Positions 48,375-57,964 of a stretch of 64,000 nucleotides of DNA are shown in pieces. The notes beneath the pieces were generated by a model that saw only the letters and a program-made list of their open reading frames with translations, was not told the origin of the DNA and did not search any database. Source of the stretch: Nannocystales bacterium (lineage in GTDB: Bacteria > Myxococcota_A > Polyangia > Nannocystales > Nannocystaceae); the NCBI GenBank assembly GCA_050633305.1, contig JBOEGF010000043.1, forward strand, positions 32,001 through 96,000. The letters are read 5' to 3'. The first letter of the stretch is position 1. Each line of letters opens with the position of its first letter. The translations under genes were made by a program, and so were the position numbers.

Positions 48375-49160
48375 GTGTCGAGCAGCAGCGGACTCAAGAT
48401 CGAGGAGACTCCCATCACCACGTACATGGTGCGCGTCGCGTACTGGGTCGCGATGGTCCTGATCGCGAGTTTCATCAGCCGGGACATCGCGGTGCATTGC
48501 GAGCGTGGCGAGAGCTCTTTTTGCCATGCGACGGTCCGTAGCGCGTTCATGACGCTCTCCGAGAGGACCGTCGACCTCGAGAACATCAAGGGGGTTGTCT
48601 ACACGGAGGAGGAGACCACCACGACCCACGACAATGGGTTTTCCTTGTCGAGGACGTCGACATCGGTCGTGATCGAAGTCGATGGCATGGAGCCGGATAT
48701 CGACCTGCAGGACCACAGCTTCATCGGCTCCAAGGACGTGAAGTACGAGGCGGGCCAGGACCTGGTGAACTTCCTTGGCGACGCGGAGGCAACCTCACTC
48801 GACTTCGAGTACGGCGACCCATTCTACTTCTCGAGTCTGATGGTGCTCGTCCTCGTCGGAGGGTTGCTCTACAAACTGTGGATTCATGACTACGGGGTGT
48901 GGAGCTTCGAGGTCGAGGTGGTGGGCGGAGGAGACGAGATCCGCATGACCTCGACGAAGGGAGGCTTCGATCACTGGTCCGACGTCCCCAGCGAGGGGGC
49001 GGTAGCCTTGGTCGCTGAGGATGGGCACGGTCGCATCGCGGCCCGCTACGCCGATGGCAGGATGCAGCACCTTTGTGAACCGGGGTGGAGCAAGAAACGT
49101 CGGACCCGGGTCGTCGCTGAGGCTGGCAAATACCTGCGCAACCTGGGTCGACTGCCGTAG
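48375..49160 (+). CDS. Membrane protein of unknown function
   Basis: Two TM segments; C..C pair after TM1; start uncertain. Confidence 0.6.
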   Translation: MSSSSGLKIEETPITTYMVRVAYWVAMVLIASFISRDIAVHCERGESSFCHATVRSAFMTLSERTVDLENIKGVVYTEEETTTTHDNGFSLSRTSTSVVIEVDGMEPDIDLQDHSFIGSKDVKYEAGQDLVNFLGDAEATSLDFEYGDPFYFSSLMVLVLVGGLLYKLWIHDYGVWSFEVEVVGGGDEIRMTSTKGGFDHWSDVPSEGAVALVAEDGHGRIAARYADGRMQHLCEPGWSKKRRTRVVAEAGKYLRNLGRLP

Positions 49161-49167
49161 CTGTTCG

Positions 49168-49782
49168 CTAGTTGTTGTCTTCGAAGTACAGGAAGTCGAT
49201 CAGGAACGTTGCCGCCAGAATCAGCGCGCGGTGGTTTGGCGGCATCGCGGGACCGAATTGCACGCCAAACGTGTCCGCATCGGTGAACGCTTCTTTGAGC
49301 AAGCCGCTCCACTTCTTCGAGATCTGCCCGACCTCGTGTCCGCCTGCGAGGACCTTGAAGGTCCAAGGCCGGAACATCGGCCCTTGGATCTCGGCGACCA
49401 CCTGACCTGTGGTGTCGGTGACCTCGAAGAGACGGCCGAAGAACTTGAACTTCTGGTGGAGCGAACCGACCGCCTGCCCCTGCGCGTCGGTGACATGCAG
49501 CTCGGAGAAGAACCACGTCCACGGTCGCCGAAGCGAGAGGTTCATGTTCCCGTACGGGTCGAGCAGCTGCATCGTGAACGGCCGGGAGTTCTTGAGAAAC
49601 GAGCGGGCAAAGAACGCTCCGGCACCCTGGCCGGCCTCGGCGGCATAGAAGGCCGGCTGACCGTCGGGCATCTGCACGAGGTAGCGGTTCTTCGACTCGA
49701 AGCTGGTGAACACCTCGAGCATCTCCTTCTGCTGCTTGACGACGAGGCTTGGTGTCTGGGCCAACACGGGCAGGTTCGACAT
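49168..49782 (-). CDS. Phospholipid scramblase/tubby-like (LURP-one) protein
   Basis: FESKNRY, RPFTM, GQISKKWSGLLKEAFTDADTFGVQF, LILAATFLIDFLYFE. Confidence 0.88.
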   Translation of the reverse strand: MSNLPVLAQTPSLVVKQQKEMLEVFTSFESKNRYLVQMPDGQPAFYAAEAGQGAGAFFARSFLKNSRPFTMQLLDPYGNMNLSLRRPWTWFFSELHVTDAQGQAVGSLHQKFKFFGRLFEVTDTTGQVVAEIQGPMFRPWTFKVLAGGHEVGQISKKWSGLLKEAFTDADTFGVQFGPAMPPNHRALILAATFLIDFLYFEDNN

Positions 49783-49853
49783 CGAGGGCACGGTATCAGC
49801 CTGTTGCACGGGCGATCCTGTCCTTCCTTGAACGTTTAATGGTGGACGGTGTA

Positions 49854-49874
49854 AAACATACGTCGTATATGTTT
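49854..49874. promoter_or_regulatory. Inverted repeat, candidate TetR autoregulatory operator
   Basis: AAACATA-N7-TATGTTT just before the TetR ATG. Confidence 0.55.
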
Positions 49875-49879
49875 CAGGG

Positions 49880-50470
49880 ATGACGCGACGCGAGCTAACG
49901 GCGGAGGAGATCGAAGCGTTCCGTCGCAAGGTCGTGGATGCGGCTCGGACCCTGTTCGTCGAGCATGGTGTTGGAGGCGTCACGATGCGCGCGATAGCGG
50001 TCGCGATCGGTTGCAGTCCGATGAGGACGTATCGGTACTTCGACGACCGCGAAGCGGTTCTCGAGGCGCTGCGGGCAGAGGCGTTCTGCGGACTCGCCGA
50101 CTCGCAGGAAGAGGCGGCCGCGAGTTCGAGGTCTGTTCGGCGCAGGCTCGACGCGATTCGGGCTGCGTATCTGAGATTTGGGCTCGAGCACCCGGACAGC
50201 TACCGGTTGATGTTCTCGTTGGAGTCGATGCGGCCCCCGGGAGAGGCGTTTCAGAAACAGGCGACCCGAGCATTTGGGACGCTCCGCACGACTGTTGCCA
50301 ACGCAATCGAAGGTGGGCACCTCGAGGGGGACGCCGACACGGTCGCGCATCTGATCTGGGTCGAGCTGCACGGCGTGGTGTCGCTGCATCTGTCACAGAA
50401 ACTCAACAAGGGGCGATCGCTGGAACAGATCGCGGCGGCTTCGCCCTGGCGCATGGCGCGAAGAAAGTAG
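49880..50470 (+). CDS. TetR-family regulator (WHG-type C-terminus)
   Basis: GVTMRAIAVAIGCSPMRTYRYFDDR; YRLMF; WVELHG. Confidence 0.92.
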   Translation: MTRRELTAEEIEAFRRKVVDAARTLFVEHGVGGVTMRAIAVAIGCSPMRTYRYFDDREAVLEALRAEAFCGLADSQEEAAASSRSVRRRLDAIRAAYLRFGLEHPDSYRLMFSLESMRPPGEAFQKQATRAFGTLRTTVANAIEGGHLEGDADTVAHLIWVELHGVVSLHLSQKLNKGRSLEQIAAASPWRMARRK

Positions 50471-50476
50471 AACACG

Positions 50477-51637
50477 ATGAAAACAGGTCTTTGGGCCTGC
50501 AGCCTGTTTCTGGCTGCGGGGATGGGAGCGTGCGGCCTCGAGTGGGAGCCGCTTCATGACGAGTTCATTACCCCACAGGAGGTGGGCTCGGTCGAAGTGG
50601 CACCGCTGCAGGAGGCGCTGACGTTTGCGAGGTTTGAGCGCGACGGCGACCTGCACGTGCTGGCGGTCACGCTGTACGAGGGGGGAGATGTGGAAGGTGT
50701 CGACCTCTCTGTCGCTCTGGGGGAGCCGACGATGGACCCGATCTCGATGTTCAATGCCTACGGCTTCGAGGGCATCACAGAAGCGATCCAGCGGGCAGTA
50801 GGACGTGTCACGGTGGCCGCGGATTCGCTGGTGCTTCCGGTCGAGCTCCGGTCTCACCACGTTGCAGGCGGAACGAACTTCCCCGAGCATGCCGCCGAAG
50901 CGGGTGTCTCTGAGGGACCCTATCTCTTCCCCAGCCTCAAAGCGCCGACCGGCCCGTACGCGAACGTCCCGATCAACAAGGGGCTCCTGGACTACGAGGT
51001 CGAGCTCGCTTGGGTCACGCTCGATCCGGTCGAAGAGGGGACCCACCCGGAGCACATGGGGTTGCTCGTGTGCAACGACTACACGAACCGCGAAGCCCTG
51101 CTCCGACACCTCGACCCCAACGACGTCGCGTCAGGAAAGGGGTTCCCCACCGGAAAGAGCTTTCCTGGGTACCTGCCCGTCGGGAACCTGTTCGTCATTC
51201 CCCTGGACTACCGGAGCTTTGGTGAGAGCATCGAGCTGGAGCTTTATCTCGATCGCTACCTGCGGCAGCGAGCACAGGTCAGTCGAGCGGTGTGGGGCAT
51301 CGAGGAACTCCTCGACGAGACATGGGCGCGCAGCGGTGTGACCTGGGAACACCGCGGGGAGCGGTACCCATTGTACGACAACACAACCATCAAGGACCGA
51401 ACCCTCGTCATGTCGGGGACGCCTCCAGGGGTGATCTTCAATGAAGTCGGTGCGGAGCCTCGCGCGTCCGCGTTTTTAGACTTCGTTCTCGGGGGGTGGG
51501 GCGAGACGTTGCCCGACCACGCGATCGACGACTACATCCGGGATGCACGAGCCGCGGGTATCTACTTGATGCCAGGGGACGAGGTGTTGATCCGCGTGGA
51601 CTTCCTGGGCGTCGTGCGAAACGAGGTCGTCGAGTGA
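50477..51637 (+). CDS. Fumarylacetoacetate-hydrolase-family lipoprotein
   Basis: GTNFPEH, LDYEVEL, CNDYTNR, GKSF, SGTPPG; N-terminal lipobox MGAC. Confidence 0.85.
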   Translation: MKTGLWACSLFLAAGMGACGLEWEPLHDEFITPQEVGSVEVAPLQEALTFARFERDGDLHVLAVTLYEGGDVEGVDLSVALGEPTMDPISMFNAYGFEGITEAIQRAVGRVTVAADSLVLPVELRSHHVAGGTNFPEHAAEAGVSEGPYLFPSLKAPTGPYANVPINKGLLDYEVELAWVTLDPVEEGTHPEHMGLLVCNDYTNREALLRHLDPNDVASGKGFPTGKSFPGYLPVGNLFVIPLDYRSFGESIELELYLDRYLRQRAQVSRAVWGIEELLDETWARSGVTWEHRGERYPLYDNTTIKDRTLVMSGTPPGVIFNEVGAEPRASAFLDFVLGGWGETLPDHAIDDYIRDARAAGIYLMPGDEVLIRVDFLGVVRNEVVE

Positions 51638-52185
51638 CCGCCGCTTGCTTCCTCGCCCTCGCACTGCTGTCGCTCGCCCCCTCGTCCAACGAGGGCGTCG
51701 CCACGGACGACACGCTGGGCCGCACCGCGAACACCACCGAGCGTTGGACCGTTGGCGGTGGTGTCGCAGTGGGGCCGCTCGAGCCTTTTCCTCGACTCGG
51801 TCTCTCACTCGTGGCGCACTACCGGTGGCGGTGGCTCCGTATCGGGGCCCATCTTGCGCACTACCCCGGTGCGACTCAAGGCAACGTGACTCGCTCCGCC
51901 ACCCTCATCGAGCCACACGCGCAGTTCTTCGTGATCGATTCGCGCTGGGTCGACTGGTCGTTCGACGTCGGAATCGGTTTGGCCGTGTTCCACGACGACT
52001 ATCTTCAGGTCTACGACGACGTCTCGCGCCTGGCCCCGGGGTTCTCGCTCGGAACCTCGCTTGAGATTCGAGCCTCCCGCGTGTTGCGCCCGTATGTGGG
52101 GGTTCAGACCCATTCGTACTTCACGCCGGACATCGCCGACGACAAGTGGGTCGAGATAACCGCGGGACTTCGGCTCTCGTTCTAG
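51634..52185 (+). CDS. Small outer-membrane beta-barrel protein
   Basis: Signal peptide; alternating aromatic strands; ends AGLRLSF; GTGA overlap with the FAH gene. Confidence 0.65.
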   Translation: MTAACFLALALLSLAPSSNEGVATDDTLGRTANTTERWTVGGGVAVGPLEPFPRLGLSLVAHYRWRWLRIGAHLAHYPGATQGNVTRSATLIEPHAQFFVIDSRWVDWSFDVGIGLAVFHDDYLQVYDDVSRLAPGFSLGTSLEIRASRVLRPYVGVQTHSYFTPDIADDKWVEITAGLRLSF

Positions 52186-52203
52186 TCGGGGCGCAAACCG
52201 GGC

Positions 52204-52944
52204 TTAGCCGCGCGCGCGCGCGACCCAGTGCTCGCTTGATCGCGACACCGCTCGACCATCAAACCCGCCGAAGAGCTCCACGTTGGGGAGGCCCGCATCG
52301 GCGAGGTGCGCCTCGAGCTGATGTCGGAGCAGGTATCGTTGCTCGATGCTGCCGTCGATGAACGCGGTGCGTTGTGTGAGCGGGACGTGCCGATAGCTGA
52401 CGTCGATGCGTTGGGTATCTGGGCTCCAGCAGCTGCGCTCGAACACGGTGTAGGGCTGGCCCTCCACATCGATCACGGTCAACTCGGTCCAGTCTTCGTC
52501 GCCCACATCCTCCGGCTCGCAATCGGCGTGAAAACCATCGGCTCGGTAGGCGTCGAGGATGAAGACGCCGTCGGGTTCGAGGTGCGCACGGACCCGAGCG
52601 AAGCAAGCCGCGATGTCCTCATCGTTTAGCATGCAGTAGACGCCCGAGAACGGCAGCAGGATCCTGTCGAACCGCCGCCGAAGTTCAAAGGTGCGCATGT
52701 CTGCGGCATGCAGTTCAACGCTCGGCCCCAGTCGGGTCCGCGCGGCTCGGAGGAGCCCATCGTGCAGGTCGAGACCGGCGCGGTGGGGCACCTCGAGCGC
52801 CCGCAGCACACGGCCATCCCCGCACCCAAGCTCAAGGACCGATGACGCGCCTGCACACTCCTTCGCGTAGAAGGCAAGGTCACCGTCGGTGCCGGTGTGA
52901 AGCGCGGCGTAGAACGAGGCGGGATACGGGGGGAGCGAGGTCAC
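52204..52944 (-). CDS. Class I SAM-dependent methyltransferase
   Basis: VLELGCGDGR, ADMRTF, HLEPDGVFILD. Confidence 0.9.
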   Translation of the reverse strand: MTSLPPYPASFYAALHTGTDGDLAFYAKECAGASSVLELGCGDGRVLRALEVPHRAGLDLHDGLLRAARTRLGPSVELHAADMRTFELRRRFDRILLPFSGVYCMLNDEDIAACFARVRAHLEPDGVFILDAYRADGFHADCEPEDVGDEDWTELTVIDVEGQPYTVFERSCWSPDTQRIDVSYRHVPLTQRTAFIDGSIEQRYLLRHQLEAHLADAGLPNVELFGGFDGRAVSRSSEHWVARARG

Positions 52945-53753
52945 TGACAGACCAAGAGCGCGCAGATTCCGAGCACGTTGCCGCCGACTCCCGCTGGGCA
53001 GCAGGTGCCCTGGGGGTTCATCTCGTCAAACAGGCAGATGTCGCCCTGGCCGCCGCAGTTGAGGAACTCGCATTGCGAGGTGTTGTGCGTGCAGCTTGCC
53101 GTACACGAGAGCACCCCGACGTCGAAGCCGATCGAGGCACAGGTCGCGCCTCCGAGCTGGTTGCCATCGCACGCTTCCCCGCCGTTGAGGATGCCGTCGC
53201 CGCAAGTGGGCAGGGCGGTACAGGCGCTGGTGTCGTAGCCGGCACACTCCGCGTCGCACAACAGCGTGCCTCCGCCGAACCCTTGGGACTGGCACGTCTC
53301 GCCGCCGAGGCTGTTGCCGTCGCACAGCTCGCTTGCCGCCAACATGCCGTCGCCGCAGCTGCGGCACCCGTCGGTGACCAGGTTGCATTGCGCGTCGCAG
53401 ATCAGCGTGCCTTGGGCGAATCCGAAATCGCCACACGTCATCGTCCCCAAGTCTTTGCCGTCGCAGCTCTCGGTGCCTTGCGCCACCCCGTCGCCGCAGA
53501 CCGCCTCGCCGGAGGTGGGATCCCCGGTCGAGCCGGGACCGACGCCAGACTCACCGGTGCCGCCTTGACCGCCCGACGTATCGAGAGGATCGGTGTCGTC
53601 GAGCCCCGAGTCGGTGGTGGCCGGCGTTGCGGGCGTGCCTGTTGGGCTGCTGCCACCGAAGCTCGAGCTTCCCTGCTTGGACGTATCTCCGCCCGCGCAA
53701 CCGACGAGCAGTAGCGCGATCGCGGCGCTCACATACGAATACAACCCCCTCAC
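52941..53753 (-). CDS. Cys-rich repeat lipoprotein
   Basis: Lipobox LVGC; three CGDG..E.CDG..LG..TC...GF..G.L.C...C repeats. Confidence 0.8.
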   Translation of the reverse strand: MRGLYSYVSAAIALLLVGCAGGDTSKQGSSSFGGSSPTGTPATPATTDSGLDDTDPLDTSGGQGGTGESGVGPGSTGDPTSGEAVCGDGVAQGTESCDGKDLGTMTCGDFGFAQGTLICDAQCNLVTDGCRSCGDGMLAASELCDGNSLGGETCQSQGFGGGTLLCDAECAGYDTSACTALPTCGDGILNGGEACDGNQLGGATCASIGFDVGVLSCTASCTHNTSQCEFLNCGGQGDICLFDEMNPQGTCCPAGVGGNVLGICALLVCQ

Positions 53754-53825
53754 AACTCCGCAACGGTACCATTGTGGGGCGGCGGATGCTGGCGCGGTAC
53801 CAGACGGGCCGGGTATCCTGGGGGC

Positions 53826-54755
53826 GTGATCGGCGAGCGGCACAGACGGAGGGGCGGCTGGCTGTGTGCGCTCGCGCTGCTTGGCTGTGCTGGCGGCGAC
53901 CCCGTGGAGAGCGGCGTGACGGCCGGCCTCGGCCTTGGAGACGCAGGGGAGGGAACGGCAGGTGCGTGGTGGACCGATGGTCCGCCGCCGTCGGGGAGCA
54001 CGACCGGCGGCCTCCTGGGAGGGAGCACCGAGGGCGAAGGCGACGAAGACCCCGGCTTTCCCCCGGACCTTGGGGTTTGCTCTGGACCTGCAGACTGCGT
54101 CATTGAAAACACGACGTGTTTCCTGGAGCAGGGCGCGTGTGTCGACGGGATGTGCCAGTTCGACGCCAAGGCGGCGGGGAGTGGATGCAACGACGTCGAC
54201 CCATGTACCGACGGCGATGTTTGCGACGGATTCGGGTTGTGCGCGGGCACACCCAAGCAGTGTGTCGGGGGAGAGTGCGTCATGGGCGAGTGCACGGTCG
54301 ATGAGTGCGAGGCCGGCACCGCCGACTGCAACGCCGACCCGGCCGACGGCTGCGAGGTCACCCTCGGAAGCGAGACGAACTGCAACAGCTGTGGAGATTC
54401 GTGCGACGCAGGTCCCCATGCATCGGGGTCCTGCGTCTCGCAGAGCTGCGAGTTCGACTGCGACACAGGGTTTGGAAACTGTGACGGAGACTGGGCCAAC
54501 GGATGCGAGATCCCATTGGGGGCCAACCAGTGCGACGCGGGCGGGCTCAACCCCAACGGGTGCTGGACCTCGCACTGCGGAAGCTCGGGCAACGCCGACG
54601 CGGTCAACTTCGGGACTTGGTACTGCTTTGATTGCACCACCTGCAACTCGCCCGCAGCTGGGCAGTGTCAATGGTGCGACCACGCCAGCGGTACATGGTT
54701 CCCCGCCGAAAGCTGCGGCTGCGGGGACTTCGAAGGGCTCGCTTGCTCGCCGTAG
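53826..54755 (+). CDS. Cys-rich secreted lipoprotein
   Basis: Lipobox LLGC; ADCNADPADGCE and GNCDGDWANGCE repeats. Confidence 0.78.
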   Translation: MIGERHRRRGGWLCALALLGCAGGDPVESGVTAGLGLGDAGEGTAGAWWTDGPPPSGSTTGGLLGGSTEGEGDEDPGFPPDLGVCSGPADCVIENTTCFLEQGACVDGMCQFDAKAAGSGCNDVDPCTDGDVCDGFGLCAGTPKQCVGGECVMGECTVDECEAGTADCNADPADGCEVTLGSETNCNSCGDSCDAGPHASGSCVSQSCEFDCDTGFGNCDGDWANGCEIPLGANQCDAGGLNPNGCWTSHCGSSGNADAVNFGTWYCFDCTTCNSPAAGQCQWCDHASGTWFPAESCGCGDFEGLACSP

Positions 54756-54810
54756 CGTCGCCCCTGAAGCCGGCGCGTCGAGGTCATGAGAGGTGCTCTA
54801 GGGACGCCTC

Positions 54811-55632
54811 CTAGCCTGCGAGGCGACCGATGCTCTGGAGGTAGTCGCGCGCGAGTTGGTCGTTGTCGACCTGGTCGGGGTGAAAGCCTGGGCGTAGGTA
54901 TGAGGCGAGGGCACTCAGTACGAAACGCTTGTTCTGGCCTCGTGCCCGGGCTGCCTTTCGCTCTCGGGCGACCTGGGCCTTGGAGATGTCCTCTTGGGCC
55001 AGGAGCATGGCGGTGGCGCTGCGCCAGAACCCCAACAGCAACGTGACCGCGATGGCGAGGCCAGCAGCCCGCACGGCGTACCGGTCGTCGACCGATTGCA
55101 GGACGTCGTAGGCCACCGACTTGTGCTCGATCTCCTCGGCTGCGTGCCAGCGCAACAAGTCCCGCATGACCGGGTGAGCATGGTCGAGGAACTCGGTCCC
55201 CAAGCCCTGCTCGGCAAGGGTCGCGGTGAAGTGTTCCAGGGCTGCGGTGGTCGACAGGCGCAGGACCGGCGGCACCCGGGGCTCCAGCAAACCGAACGCG
55301 ATGTGGTGGTACCGGTCGAGCCAGGTCCGGATGTCGTAGCCTTGGGACTCGAGCATCTCGAACGCGCGTTCGTGCTCGTGGCCGTGGCTGGACTCTTGCC
55401 CCGCAAACGCTCGGACGCGCGCTCTCAGGGCGGGGTCGTCGATCTGCTTGAGATAGTGGCGGACAGATCGCACGAAGAACTGCTCCCCGGCCGGGAACAC
55501 GAGGTGCAACCCGTTGGCGATGTGGCTGACGACGGCTGAATCGTAGAACCACTTCTTGGGTACGTTGCTGAAATCAAAGCCCATTTTCCGGACGGGAATC
55601 GGGCGGGCCGAGGAAGCGCGATCGTAGGGCAT
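54811..55632 (-). CDS. Predicted metal-dependent hydrolase (ferritin-like diiron family)
   Basis: FPAGEQFFVRSV, GQESSHGHEH, ALEHFTA, WHAAEEIEHKSVAYD. Confidence 0.9.
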   Translation of the reverse strand: MPYDRASSARPIPVRKMGFDFSNVPKKWFYDSAVVSHIANGLHLVFPAGEQFFVRSVRHYLKQIDDPALRARVRAFAGQESSHGHEHERAFEMLESQGYDIRTWLDRYHHIAFGLLEPRVPPVLRLSTTAALEHFTATLAEQGLGTEFLDHAHPVMRDLLRWHAAEEIEHKSVAYDVLQSVDDRYAVRAAGLAIAVTLLLGFWRSATAMLLAQEDISKAQVARERKAARARGQNKRFVLSALASYLRPGFHPDQVDNDQLARDYLQSIGRLAG

Positions 55633-55636
55633 CGAG

Positions 55637-55691
55637 TTGAATCCTGTTCAACAATGGGCTTAGCACCGCATTGAATCGCGGTCAACAATGG
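55637..55691. promoter_or_regulatory. Twin operators between the divergent hydrolase and TetR genes
   Basis: TTGAATCCTGTTCAACAATGG and TTGAATCGCGGTCAACAATGG (TTGA-N7-TCAA), 34-bp period. Confidence 0.75.
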
Positions 55692-55704
55692 CCGAGGCTT
55701 TCGT

Positions 55705-56328
55705 GTGTCCGATCCTCGACGTACGCGTCTGCAAACCGATGAGCGCCGCGCCCAACTGCTCACGCTTGGGCTGCGTCTGTTCTCGACTCGCGCCTACGAC
55801 GAGGTCTCGATCGACGCCATCGCCGAGGAGGCGGGCGTGTCGAAGGGGCTGCTGTACCACTACTTCGGCGGCAAGCGGGCCTACTACCTCGCGAGCATTG
55901 AGCACGCGGCGGGGGGCTTGCTCGAGTCGCTGGATGCGGTCCCGCAAGCCTTGGTCGGCCCCGCGCGCGCGCTCGCGATGATCACGGCGTACGTCGACTT
56001 CGTCGAGCACCACGGGGATGCGTACGGGACCCTGCTCAGCGGAGGGGTCGGCTCGGATCCGGAGGTGACCCACCTGATGGCGCGCTCCCGTGAGGAAGTG
56101 GCCGCGCGGATTTTGCAGGGCGTGGGCCTCGAGGCGCCACGCCCGGTGTTCGATCTCGCAGTGCGCCACTACATCGGGGGGGTCGAGGCGATCGTGCTCG
56201 ATTGGCATGATCGGCGCCAGCTGCCCCGAGACGTGCTCCTACAGTTCTTGGTGCAGCAAGTGCGCGCAACCCTCGAGGTGGCTCTCGCGCTGGACCCGGA
56301 CGCCGAAGTCAACCTCGACGGCCCCTGA
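55705..56328 (+). CDS. TetR-family regulator
   Basis: YDEVSIDAIAEEAGVSKGLLYHYFGGK. Confidence 0.95.
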   Translation: MSDPRRTRLQTDERRAQLLTLGLRLFSTRAYDEVSIDAIAEEAGVSKGLLYHYFGGKRAYYLASIEHAAGGLLESLDAVPQALVGPARALAMITAYVDFVEHHGDAYGTLLSGGVGSDPEVTHLMARSREEVAARILQGVGLEAPRPVFDLAVRHYIGGVEAIVLDWHDRRQLPRDVLLQFLVQQVRATLEVALALDPDAEVNLDGP

Positions 56329-56438
56329 GCTGCGGCGCATTCCCCTTGGGTTGCGTGCCCGAAGGCGGTACATCGCCCGTCACCGGGGCGGTCGGGTCCG
56401 TACGAACCGCTCCCGTCCCCCCGACCTGAGAGAATCCG

Positions 56439-57080
56439 ATGACCGAGCCCACGAACATGGTGAACCTGATCGAGCATCCGCTGATCCTGCACAAGCTGTC
56501 GATCATGCGGTCGAAGCAGACGTCCACGCAGGGGTTCCGCCAGCTGCTCGAGGAGATTTCGATGCTGCTGGGTTACGAGATCACGCGCGACCTCCCCGTC
56601 GAGATGCAGGAGATCGAGACGCCTTTGGCCAAGATGCGGGCGCCGATGCTGCAGGGCAAGAAGATCGTCATCATCTCGGTGCTCCGCGCAGGGACCGGCA
56701 TGCTCGATGGCTTCCTCAAGGTGTTGCCCGCCGCACGGGTTGGACACATTGGGCTGTATCGGGACCCGAAGACGCTCAGCCCGGTCGAGTACTACTTCAA
56801 GGTTCCGCGCGAGATGGAAGACCGGCAGGCGATCGTCGTCGACCCGATGCTCGCCACCGGAAACTCCGCCATCGCGGCGGTGGACCGGGTCAAGCGGACC
56901 GGCCCCAAGTCGGTCAAATTCCTGTGCCTGCTCGCCGCGCCCGAGGGCATCGCGAACTTCCACAAACATCACCCCGACGTGCCGATCTACACCCCTGCGG
57001 TCGACGAACGGTTGGACGAAAAGGGCTACATCATTCCCGGGCTTGGCGACGCGGGCGACCGCATGTTCGGCACCAAGTAG
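56439..57080 (+). CDS. upp: Uracil phosphoribosyltransferase
   Basis: [37 protein letters not shown]. Confidence 0.98.
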   Translation: MTEPTNMVNLIEHPLILHKLSIMRSKQTSTQGFRQLLEEISMLLGYEITRDLPVEMQEIETPLAKMRAPMLQGKKIVIISVLRAGTGMLDGFLKVLPAARVGHIGLYRDPKTLSPVEYYFKVPREMEDRQAIVVDPMLATGNSAIAAVDRVKRTGPKSVKFLCLLAAPEGIANFHKHHPDVPIYTPAVDERLDEKGYIIPGLGDAGDRMFGTK

Positions 57081-57083
57081 TCG

Positions 57084-57950
57084 ATGGAGTTCGATCAGCT
57101 GCGCACGCTCTTGGCCGTCCTCGAGCACGGTGGGTTCACGCGCGCTGCGGACGCGCTCGGGCTCAGCCAGTCCACGGTGAGCTTCCATATCAAGAGCCTC
57201 GAGAAGTCGCTCGGGACGCGGCTGCTCGATCGTGGACGTGATGGCGTGCGGGCGACCGTTCACGGCTCGACGTTGGCGCGCTACGCCGGCCGGATGCTCG
57301 ACTTGCGCCTTCAGGCGGCATCCAGTCTTGGTGCGCTCGATACGGGAGTGGTCGGTCGCATCGATGTCGCCGCCTCGACGATCCCCGGGGAGTACCTCCT
57401 GCCCGACGTGTTGGCGCAGCTCCGTCGTACGCACCCGGGTGTCTCGGTATCTGTGCACGTCGGTGACACCAGTCGCGCTGTGGGAGCGTTGCGCGAAGGC
57501 ATCGTCGACCTCGCGATCACGGGGTCCCCCAGTGCAGACCGGAAGATCGAGGAGACCGCCATCGCGCAGGACAACGTGATCTTGGTGGGCCCGCAACCGC
57601 CCCCACCGGGGTTCGACGGACTCATTGGGGTCCCACTCGTTCTACGGCGCGAGGGCTCGGGGACCCGCGCCGCCGTGGCGGATGTCCTGGCTCGGGCCCT
57701 CGACGGTGGTGAGCCAGGACCCACGGTGGAGGTCGGATCCACGGAAGCGGCCAAGCGCTGTGCGCTTGCGGGACTCGGCTTGGCGTTCGTGTCTCGTCGC
57801 GCGGTGAAGCGCGAGCTGACCGCCGGTGTCCTTCATGTGCATCCGCTGCCTGGGCTCCCCGCGGCGCGTACGTTCTACTTGGCGACGGTGCGGGGGATGA
57901 CGCTCTCCCCCGGTGCCGCTGCGCTTCGCGAACTGCTCACGGGTGCGTGA
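57084..57950 (+). CDS. LysR-family regulator (CysL-like)
   Basis: GFTRAADALGLSQSTVSFHIKSLE, ASTIPGEYLLP, REGSGTR. Confidence 0.93.
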   Translation: MEFDQLRTLLAVLEHGGFTRAADALGLSQSTVSFHIKSLEKSLGTRLLDRGRDGVRATVHGSTLARYAGRMLDLRLQAASSLGALDTGVVGRIDVAASTIPGEYLLPDVLAQLRRTHPGVSVSVHVGDTSRAVGALREGIVDLAITGSPSADRKIEETAIAQDNVILVGPQPPPPGFDGLIGVPLVLRREGSGTRAAVADVLARALDGGEPGPTVEVGSTEAAKRCALAGLGLAFVSRRAVKRELTAGVLHVHPLPGLPAARTFYLATVRGMTLSPGAAALRELLTGA

Positions 57951-57964
57951 TACGGTCCGCCGTC

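Noticed and set aside
57084..57950. Selenium-utilisation system suggested by the CysL/selenium-associated LysR type
   Set aside because: No sel genes, in-frame TGA or SECIS-like element seen nearby
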